Shown one piece after another: positions 56,593 through 64,000 of a DNA stretch of 64,000 nt; within the stretch, counting starts at the first letter, position 1; each line of letters begins with the position of its first letter. The stretch is taken from positions 66,459 through 130,458 of the forward strand of contig CAZWPK010000003.1 in assembly GCA_964635905.1 (NCBI GenBank). Reading direction: 5' to 3'. Source of the stretch: an uncultured Pseudomonadales bacterium (lineage in GTDB: Bacteria; Patescibacteriota; Microgenomatia; UBA1400; UBA12028). Made by a program: the position numbers and the translations under genes. The notes under the pieces are model-generated. The model had not been told where the DNA came from, did no database searches, and was given only the letters and a program-made list of their open reading frames with translations.

Positions 56593-58008
56593 CTACTTCA
56601 GGAAATTGTTCGTACGCTTGATCGTATGCAGGCGTTTAGCAAAACGATGAGATTCATCACGAATAGTTTGAATTAATAGAGTTGCGGCGATTTCATCGGT
56701 TAAGGGAATTTCTTTATACGTCAATGATGGAATCGCTGTTTTCTTCGTAGACTTTGAGAGAATCGGAATAAGGAGACGATCTGGTTTTTTGGCGATGGAA
56801 ATCACAATGGATGGCCACTTCCAGACCGACAACACAGATCGCAATTGCCCTTTCCCACCATCAATGAGGATGACATCTGGGATTCCCCATTCTGGATGTC
56901 CTTGGCGTCGAGTCAGTGCTTCTTTAAGCATTCCAAAATCATTGGGGGTAGAAAGCGTTTGTATTCCGAAATGCTTGTATTCCTGATGATCCATTTGCCC
57001 ATTGATGGCCACCACCATGGAACAGGACGCATTCGTCCCCATAATATTACTAACATCGTATCCTTCAATGCGAGTCAGCGGAGCTGTTGCCGGTACACTT
57101 AAATATTGACGTAATACGGCGCGTAAGCTGACCAAGGATTCTTCCTGTAAATTGCTGGTTAAGGTAGGCAAAATGAGGTCCGGAGCTAACCGATATTTCG
57201 GGGACGTTACATGCACAATCGTTTGGAGTCGATCGCGAATGAGGGCGGCTTGTTCAAACTCTTTAAAGAGAACATGACGCTCAATCTCCTGTTTGTAACT
57301 ACTGATTAATTGGGCAGTTTTGCCATTTAGGAATTGCTTGACCTCCGTCATTTTACGCTGATATTCCTCTTTCGAACAGGTTCCCACACAAGCTCCGTCA
57401 CACAGATTAATGTGATAATAAAAACACGCACGTCGCTTTTTTTGGGAAACTTGATCCGGATGGTCGCACCATTTAAAGATGCTACGAGCGATGGAAAGGA
57501 CCTGCGATACGCGTAATCCGGAAGGAAAGGGACCAAAGGTTGTTAGTTTACGTACACTTCGAAGAATTTCTGGCTTGCGAGCCGTGAAAATTCGAGGATA
57601 GGAGTCTTTTGACAGACAGATATACAGATCCGACTTATCGTCTTTTAACAGGATATTAAAATGCGGCTGATAACGCTTAATCAGCTCCGCTTCTACCAGA
57701 AGTGCTTGTAGTTCACTTTCTAAGACTTCCCACTGCACTTTACGTGTTTGTTGGGTTAGGGCAAAAATTTGCGGGCGGTCATCTTGTGCATGGGCATACT
57801 GACTTAAGCGTTTTTTTAACGACTTTGCTTTTCCCACGTACAGTACCTTATCGTTTTCGTCGAGGAACCAGTAAACGCCAGGTAATAAAGGTAGCGATTC
57901 CCAAGATTGCTGCCACCACGACGGTAACGAGGAGGAGAGGGAGGTTGTCTTGGAGGGTGCTTTGGACGGTAATGGCATGATCAAAACTTTGATTTTGGAT
58001 TCGAACAT
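56593..58008 (-). CDS. uvrC: Excinuclease ABC subunit C, short form
   Basis: GIY-YIG (LPGVYWFLDENDKVLYVGKAKSLKKRLSQY), a Cys-rich UvrC region, and the endonuclease motif IDGGKGQL. Only 471 aa, with no C-terminal HhH. The 5' end overlaps the stop of the upstream gene by 130-160 bp. Confidence 0.7.
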   Translation of the reverse strand: MFESKIKVLIMPLPSKAPSKTTSLSSSLPSWWQQSWESLPLLPGVYWFLDENDKVLYVGKAKSLKKRLSQYAHAQDDRPQIFALTQQTRKVQWEVLESELQALLVEAELIKRYQPHFNILLKDDKSDLYICLSKDSYPRIFTARKPEILRSVRKLTTFGPFPSGLRVSQVLSIARSIFKWCDHPDQVSQKKRRACFYYHINLCDGACVGTCSKEEYQRKMTEVKQFLNGKTAQLISSYKQEIERHVLFKEFEQAALIRDRLQTIVHVTSPKYRLAPDLILPTLTSNLQEESLVSLRAVLRQYLSVPATAPLTRIEGYDVSNIMGTNASCSMVVAINGQMDHQEYKHFGIQTLSTPNDFGMLKEALTRRQGHPEWGIPDVILIDGGKGQLRSVLSVWKWPSIVISIAKKPDRLLIPILSKSTKKTAIPSLTYKEIPLTDEIAATLLIQTIRDESHRFAKRLHTIKRTNNFLK

Positions 58009-59737
58009 TTACTGTCGTTGCATAGGTAGACAGGATGTCTTTTCTGGGTAAAGCGATGGGTATATCGACGCTTCCTAATGGTGCCAATGTTACTTTATCA
58101 GACAGCTCAAGGCTACCAGCAGTATTTTGTACGCGGATGGTTGTAGGTACGGCATAGACAGCCGATAAGGATGTGTTGGTTAGTCGTAGACGATAGGTAT
58201 TTTGAAGGCCAAACAGTGCACTGGGGCTCACGTGTAAATCCGTACTAAAGTTTTGGGTAGAGCTAGGGATGGAATCCACGAATTCCACATGGATTTGTTT
58301 ACCCTCTTGGGTCGGGGATGTATACATTCCAGCAGCCAATGGAAACTGGCTGGAAATTCCCAGCGTAGCAAACGCAATATGGCTAAAATCCATTCGAGAA
58401 AAGTAGTTGACACCGCCGGTGGTATGTTCCCAGGTTGGATCGACAGCAATCCATTGCTCGGTCGTTTCATCCCAGTATTCTGGCCATGAATGGAGCACAT
58501 CACGCACCAAACTTAAGGGACGCAATGATTCATTTTGGGTATAGGCGTAGCCAATCACCGAGCGAGCAGGGATTCCTGCGGCGCGCGAAAGCGAGACAAA
58601 CAGATCGGTAAATTCTTGGCAGAGGGCTTGATTGGGCTGTTCAAGCACGCGGCTGGCTCCATACCGTTCATTAGAATCAGATAACCGTTTGTAGTCATAC
58701 ACAAGGTTTTTTACCACATATGCATAAATCGCCTCGGGGGTTTTCAACTCTTTGGCTAGTTTTTGAATGGTGTGATCGTTGGTTTGCCAGTAGGGTTGTG
58801 TTTTTAAATACTCCGATCCTGGCCGTTTGGTGGTGAATTTTGCATGATCTTGAGAAGTTAATCGTAGATTTACGTAGAGTGTTGCCGAGATTGAAAGTTG
58901 TTCTCCGGAGGCTAATTCATAGTTGGCCATCCAGTTACCGTCAGCGTCGGGAGTGATGGAGACAGGGATTGGTTCTATAGAATCGATATAGACACGCTGA
59001 TACCGCGTGTCGGATGGTAACGCCACGGACATCGTCCCTTTCGTGTTTGTTGGATTTGAGAGAATATAGGAGAGCAAGACTTTAGCATTCTGTTGATCGC
59101 CAAAAATCACACTAATCCCACGATCTTGCGGGGCATTTGGGAAACTCACAATGACGTTTCCATTTTCACTTCTTGTGGTGAAATCTTTTGGAAATGCCAC
59201 GCTGGGTGTTTGGTACTGCTCATCGACGACAAGGTGTACCACATAGCGGGAAAACTCTTGCGTACGCGCTAATTTGGGAATGTTCACTTCCAGAGTTTTT
59301 GTGGTAACTGTGGCTAAATCCGTGGTGTCATATTCGACCACAAAATTTCTCGTTTGGTCTTTTCCTACAACTTTATCTGGGAATGCAATTTGGATCGTGG
59401 TTTTATTGCTTTGACTCGTTGTTGTGGGTTTTAGCTGTAAACCATTGCTGGTCACTACAATGTTACTGACTGTATTGGATCCCACTTCCAAGGCGTAATG
59501 CGTCGCATAGGTGGTGGAGGTGGTGTTTGCTAAAGAGAATTGAGCCTTCACATGAACAGTTCCGTTTTTTCCTATGGTATAGGTACTTTCTAATTGGGTA
59601 GCAAATCGATCGACGGCATGGACGTTGATCGGGATAAAAAAACCGAGCAATAGTAGTCCGATGGTGGAAGTTAGAATGGATACAATTGACATCACGTGTC
59701 TGTCTATTGTACTTGGTGGGATCAACTTCAAGTACAT
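57848..59737 (-). CDS. Transglutaminase-like domain membrane protein
   Basis: N- and C-terminal TM anchors. Transglutaminase-core Cys/His region (ALCQEFTDLFVSLSRAAGIPARSVIGY ... LHSWPEYWD). Confidence 0.6.
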   Translation of the reverse strand: MYLKLIPPSTIDRHVMSIVSILTSTIGLLLLGFFIPINVHAVDRFATQLESTYTIGKNGTVHVKAQFSLANTTSTTYATHYALEVGSNTVSNIVVTSNGLQLKPTTTSQSNKTTIQIAFPDKVVGKDQTRNFVVEYDTTDLATVTTKTLEVNIPKLARTQEFSRYVVHLVVDEQYQTPSVAFPKDFTTRSENGNVIVSFPNAPQDRGISVIFGDQQNAKVLLSYILSNPTNTKGTMSVALPSDTRYQRVYIDSIEPIPVSITPDADGNWMANYELASGEQLSISATLYVNLRLTSQDHAKFTTKRPGSEYLKTQPYWQTNDHTIQKLAKELKTPEAIYAYVVKNLVYDYKRLSDSNERYGASRVLEQPNQALCQEFTDLFVSLSRAAGIPARSVIGYAYTQNESLRPLSLVRDVLHSWPEYWDETTEQWIAVDPTWEHTTGGVNYFSRMDFSHIAFATLGISSQFPLAAGMYTSPTQEGKQIHVEFVDSIPSSTQNFSTDLHVSPSALFGLQNTYRLRLTNTSLSAVYAVPTTIRVQNTAGSLELSDKVTLAPLGSVDIPIALPRKDILSTYATTVNVRIQNQSFDHAITVQSTLQDNLPLLLVTVVVAAILGIATFITWRLLVPRRKR

Positions 59738-59749
59738 TCTCCTGATTCT

Positions 59750-60412
59750 TTATAACAATTGTTGCTGTGCCGTATAGTGCTTCACGGATTCTGGAAGATA
59801 GTCATGACGACCTTGCAAGACCGCAGTAGATGAGGCGTGAGTTGCCAAGTCCGAAAGGAAACGGGCATCGGGTGGAAGTATGCAGAGCTGTTGAGAATCT
59901 AAATAGGGAAACAACTCTGGAGCTAAACTTTTTTGTATTTGAAGTGGAGTATGGAGTGCTGCACGAGGAACAATATATAACCGTGCAAGTATTAGAATTT
60001 CTTTCCAATCCTTCCAGCGCGTAAAGGAAGCTGCTGCATCGGCTCCCATCACAATTCCGATCGTTTGTGATTTTGGAATTTTCGTACGCAAGAAACGCAG
60101 AGTGTTAATCGTATAGTTACCGGATATTCCTTCGTCAAGAAGTTTCAATTCAATGTCGCTGATCTGAATTTTTCCCTGATCAAGGTTGGAAAGTTCACTC
60201 CGAAACGCTTCTGTTAACATAGATACTCGGTGCTCGAATGGAAGTGTGTATTGTCCCCAGGTTGGAGTGTCGGGAGAGGGAACGACAGTAATTCCGAATG
60301 TGGGGGCAATGAGTTCTAGCGCAATTCTAATCACACTGATGTAGCCGTGATGGGCAAGATTGAAGCGGCCAAAATAGAAGAGGTGATCAACGGATGGAAT
60401 TGATGCTGACAT
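59750..60412 (-). CDS. nadD: Nicotinate-nucleotide adenylyltransferase-like nucleotidyltransferase
   Basis: FGRFNLAHHGY ((H/T)xGH-like) and the downstream ASSTAV (SSTxIR-like) motif. Confidence 0.55.
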   Translation of the reverse strand: MSASIPSVDHLFYFGRFNLAHHGYISVIRIALELIAPTFGITVVPSPDTPTWGQYTLPFEHRVSMLTEAFRSELSNLDQGKIQISDIELKLLDEGISGNYTINTLRFLRTKIPKSQTIGIVMGADAAASFTRWKDWKEILILARLYIVPRAALHTPLQIQKSLAPELFPYLDSQQLCILPPDARFLSDLATHASSTAVLQGRHDYLPESVKHYTAQQQLL

Positions 60413-60475
60413 TCTGGCAGGCAGTATAGCAGTCTTTGATCAGTTCTGTCAGCGTTTCTTTGGTATACTCGCCTC

Positions 60476-62242
60476 ATGAGCTCCCAGATTGCCCAGGTAA
60501 AAGATGCGATTGATATTGTGGCCTTGATTTCAGAAAAGGTTAAATTAACCAAAGCCGGCAAAAACTATAAAGGTTTATGTCCTTTTCACAGTGAAAAGTC
60601 TCCTTCTTTTTTTGTAACTCCCGAGCTTGGTAGATATAAGTGCTTTGGTTGTGGTGAGTCAGGGGATGCGTTTACCTACTTACAGAAAACAGAGAACCTC
60701 TCCTTTGCAGAAAGCTTGCGAGAACTTGCAAGTAAAGCAGGAATCAAACTGGAATCCGTTCCACTTACGCAGGAAGATCATCACAAAGATCGTCTTAAAG
60801 AAATTCTTTCTTTGAGTAAAGAGTTCTATCATTACTTGTTAACCTCGCATGAGGTTGGGCAGACTGCACGTGACTACATAACCAAACGTGGGGTAACCAA
60901 CGATACGATTCGGTTGTTTGGACTGGGAGTGGCGCCGGATGCCTGGGATAGTCTCCTGCATTATTTGGTTGGGAAAAAAGGATTTGATCAGGATGATGTT
61001 GTCGATGCCGGGTTAGCAATTCGATCTGAGAAAGGGCATTACTATGACCGCTTTCGCCATCGACTAATGTTTCCCCTCACTGATAAGCGCGGACAAGTGG
61101 TAGGCTTTTCCGGTCGACTGCTGGATAACAGTGCCAAAGAAGCAAAGTACATTAATTCCCCGGAAACGCAGCTGTATCACAAGAGCGAACTATTGTTTGG
61201 CTATTCCCAACTTTCAACTGCAATTCGTCAATCTGAAGAAGTGGTGGTCTGTGAGGGGGAATTTGACGTCATTAGTTCTTTTCAAGCCCACGTCAACAAT
61301 GTCGTCGCCATTAAAGGTTCCGCATTGTCCCTCACTCAAATACAATTGCTCTCCCATTCCGTGCGCCGGATTTGTTTGGCTCTAGATGCCGATTCTGCAG
61401 GAATTGAAGCCACAAAACGCGCTATTCAACTGGTGAAGGAAAGTGAGGTAGATGTAAATCTACGGGTCATTCCCGTTGCGGGTGGCAAAGACCCGGATGA
61501 AGTCGCTCGGTCTTCACCTGCAAAGTGGCGGGAAATGGTGCAAAAGAATATTTCCGTGTATGAATATTTAATCGATGTTTCCTTTGCCGCCAATGACGTC
61601 AAATCGGGAGATGGGAAAAAGGAAATCACCAAAGAGTTGGTGCCACTGCTAAGTCAAATTCAAAACGCGGTTGAGCAAGCACACTACGTGCAACAGGTTG
61701 CGCGTCGATTGGGAGTCTCGGAAGAAATTTTTGAAAAAGAACTACGGAAAGCAAAATTGCCGCCGACATTTTCAAAATCGGAGGGATCAAAAAAGTTAGA
61801 AGAAGTAAGCAAGCCAAAGAATCGTTCGGAAGTTTTGCAGCGCTATCTCTTTTTAGTCTTACTGGCAAGTGATGGAGCGGACTTTCCCTCAAGACTAGAA
61901 CAATTACGACAAAATGGAACATTTTCTGGAGTGTATGCAAAGTTACTCTCGGTAAGCGTTGCGTTTACTGTTACCGACCCATTAAGTTTTACGCAGGCTC
62001 TGCCGGAAGAATTGAAAGAATTCTTTACGAGTTTGTATTTGGAAGCTTCCGAATTAGGGACCCAAGCGGATTTGAAATCAGAGTTTGAAAATGCCTTGTT
62101 AGAACTCACTGAAATTGTAAAAAAAGAAGATAAAATCAAACTGGCAAAAGAAGTTGGATTATTAGAAAGTAAAGAAAACTTAACCCCACAAGAAGAAATG
62201 CATTTAAAAGAACTTACCGTGAAAATGAAAGAGCTTTCCTAA
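60476..62242 (+). CDS. dnaG: DNA primase
   Basis: CHC2 zinc finger (CPFHSEKSPSF..C..C), RNA-polymerase domain and TOPRIM (VVVCEGEFDVIS, ALDADSAG). Confidence 0.9.
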   Translation: MSSQIAQVKDAIDIVALISEKVKLTKAGKNYKGLCPFHSEKSPSFFVTPELGRYKCFGCGESGDAFTYLQKTENLSFAESLRELASKAGIKLESVPLTQEDHHKDRLKEILSLSKEFYHYLLTSHEVGQTARDYITKRGVTNDTIRLFGLGVAPDAWDSLLHYLVGKKGFDQDDVVDAGLAIRSEKGHYYDRFRHRLMFPLTDKRGQVVGFSGRLLDNSAKEAKYINSPETQLYHKSELLFGYSQLSTAIRQSEEVVVCEGEFDVISSFQAHVNNVVAIKGSALSLTQIQLLSHSVRRICLALDADSAGIEATKRAIQLVKESEVDVNLRVIPVAGGKDPDEVARSSPAKWREMVQKNISVYEYLIDVSFAANDVKSGDGKKEITKELVPLLSQIQNAVEQAHYVQQVARRLGVSEEIFEKELRKAKLPPTFSKSEGSKKLEEVSKPKNRSEVLQRYLFLVLLASDGADFPSRLEQLRQNGTFSGVYAKLLSVSVAFTVTDPLSFTQALPEELKEFFTSLYLEASELGTQADLKSEFENALLELTEIVKKEDKIKLAKEVGLLESKENLTPQEEMHLKELTVKMKELS

Positions 62243-62247
62243 CTCCT

Positions 62248-62763
62248 ATGACTGATGAGCAGGTTGATATTTTGGATGACCACGGGAACGTGCTGTATTC
62301 CACCTTAAAAACGCAAGCTCACAAACTAGGGCTATTGCATACAACGGTAATTAGTCAGGTGATTAGCCGGGATGGCAAGTGGTTACTGGTACAGCAAGCC
62401 GCTAATCGTCAGGATCCTGGTCAGTTTGTCTCTCCGATTGGAGGACACGTGAAAGCAGCAGAGTCGTGTGAAGCGGCATTAATTCGAGAAGGCGCGGAAG
62501 AACTAGGGATTGAGGTTGAAAAATTCCAGCTCATTGGCCAATTTGTCTTTAATCGACCAGTGATTGGACGTAAGGAAAACCATTGGTTCGTTGTCTATGA
62601 AGTGTTTTGTGATCAGTCGATCTCTCTGAATGAAGAATCTACTGATTTTGTGTGGTTATCTCCACAAGAAATGAAGGAACAATTTCGACAGCATCCCGCC
62701 TATTTTGGGGCATCTTTTCATGCGGTGATTGATCACCTTTATCCACACCTCAAAACGATTTAA
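62248..62763 (+). CDS. Nudix hydrolase
   Basis: Nudix box GGHVKAAESCEAALIREGAEELGIEV. Confidence 0.7.
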   Translation: MTDEQVDILDDHGNVLYSTLKTQAHKLGLLHTTVISQVISRDGKWLLVQQAANRQDPGQFVSPIGGHVKAAESCEAALIREGAEELGIEVEKFQLIGQFVFNRPVIGRKENHWFVVYEVFCDQSISLNEESTDFVWLSPQEMKEQFRQHPAYFGASFHAVIDHLYPHLKTI

Positions 62764-62802
62764 TTATTCGAATAGATAGATCTTTTTAATCACAGCTTGC
62801 CC

Positions 62803-62831
62803 TTGTGTTTTTTTGATCTATTGCGTATAAT
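62803..62831 (+). promoter_or_regulatory. Sigma-70-type promoter upstream of rpoD
   Basis: TTGTGT, a 17-nt spacer, then TATAAT. It lies 159 bp upstream of the rpoD ATG. Confidence 0.4.
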
Positions 62832-62989
62832 CACTCTATTATTTGCTTGAGGTAGGCCATAGTCCAATATACTATTTTGCACGTTACAACCAATGCACGT
62901 GCTCCAAGTTCTCAAGCAATATTGACTGTACAATTTTCCAAATAACCCATGCCTGGCAGAACCTGCACAGGCTTTTTATCTATTTTGTT

Positions 62990-64000
62990 TATGACAACAA
63001 CATTGAAAAATGCGATTGACGAGCTCGTGAAACGTGGCAAGAACCAAGGGTATCTTACCCAGGATGATATCCTCGCTGTGTTTGCGGAACCAGAAGAGCA
63101 CGTAACGCAGCTCGATGACTTTTATAAAAAAGTATTTTCCTTTGGAATTGACGTGTTTGAGAATGTCTCGGAAGAAGACATGAAACAGGACGCCGCTGTT
63201 TCTACCGACTTAGAAAAAGAATTAGAAATGTTGTCATCGCTCGATGACAAGAGTGTGTCCGATCCCGTCCGCATGTATTTAAAAGAGATCGGTCGTATTC
63301 CTCTTTTAAACCGTGAAGAAGAAGTCGATTTAGCCCAGCGTGTCGAACAGGGTGATTTGCAAGCCAAAGCCAAGCTTACCGAAAGTAACTTACGACTCGT
63401 TGTCTCCATTGCCAAAAAATATATTGGTCGGGGAATGACATTTTTAGACCTCATCCAAGAAGGAAATAAAGGTCTTATTCGTGCCGTTGAAAAGTACGAC
63501 TGGACCAAGGGATTTAAATTTTCCACCTATGCTACCTGGTGGATCCGTCAGGCTATCACCCGTGCCATCGCAGACCAAGCCCGAACCATTCGTATTCCCG
63601 TCCACATGGTCGAAACCATCAATAAGATGATGCGGGTACAGCGTAAATTGATGCAGGATTTGGGAAGAGAACCAGAACCATCGGAAATCGCGATCGCCAT
63701 GGGTGATCAAATGGATGAAGAAAAAGTGCGTGAGATTATGAAGATCTCACAAAAAACAACGTCACTAGAAACTCCAATTGGTGATGATGAAGATTCTTAT
63801 TTGGGTGATTTCATTGCCGATGAAACGCAAGCTTCTCCGTATGATGCCACAAGCAAAAAGTTACTCAAAGAAAACATTGATGAAGTACTTTCAGCCCTCT
63901 CCGATCGGGAAGCTAAAGTGTTAGCGATGCGATTTGGACTCAATGGCGCACGACCAATGACATTAGAAGAAGTGGGACAGAAATTTGGTGTTACCCGTGA
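62990..64000 (+). CDS. rpoD: RNA polymerase sigma factor RpoD (primary sigma-70), 3' end truncated by the window
   Basis: Region 1.2/2 ([52 protein letters not shown]) and region 3. The ORF has no stop in the window and is absent from the track. Confidence 0.9.

Overview
This 64 kb window looks like a small-genome, probably Patescibacteria/CPR-like bacterium using the standard genetic code (TGA/TAG/TAA terminate the clearly conserved genes). The taxon is an inference from gene content, not something the sequence proves.

The housekeeping backbone includes ftsH, a stand-alone 5'-3' exonuclease, an idi / isopentenyl-phosphate kinase / Nudix / uppS block, smpB with a convergent tmRNA, comFC, nusA with a short infB, a UvrD-like helicase-nuclease, typA, ddl, a short uvrC, a nadD-like gene and a dnaG-Nudix-rpoD macromolecular-synthesis unit. 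Two long ORFs run off the window edges (minus strand 1..3247; rpoD 62990..>64000) and were missing from the supplied ORF track.

Three accessory regions stand out.

1. A co-directional minus-strand locus at 11.3-21.6 kb encodes a putative VirB6/TrbL-like polytopic protein and a 1177-aa secreted protein with a C-terminal SLT lytic-transglycosylase domain (VirB1-like). Embedded among them is a DUF2029/GT87-like membrane glycosyltransferase candidate. The locus continues with eight tandem small two-helix VirB2/TrbC-like pilin paralogs that share an [AS]GGDK[GS]K loop motif. An ECF sigma factor and a putative anti-sigma gene are transcribed divergently from the array.
2. Three more genes at 26.7-29.6 kb carry the same C-terminal pilin module, and two of them fuse it to large N-terminal extracellular domains (one with 26 Cys, one about 370 aa).
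3. A tRNA-Ser-linked island at 36-41.7 kb carries a large serine recombinase whose 5' end is interrupted by an IS30-family element (20-bp perfect terminal inverted repeats, frameshifted transposase), an autoinhibited Fic protein fused to a MerR-type HTH, and orphan genes.

Three Ser-type tRNAs lie within 12 kb, and one has an atypical anticodon loop (UUACUAA).
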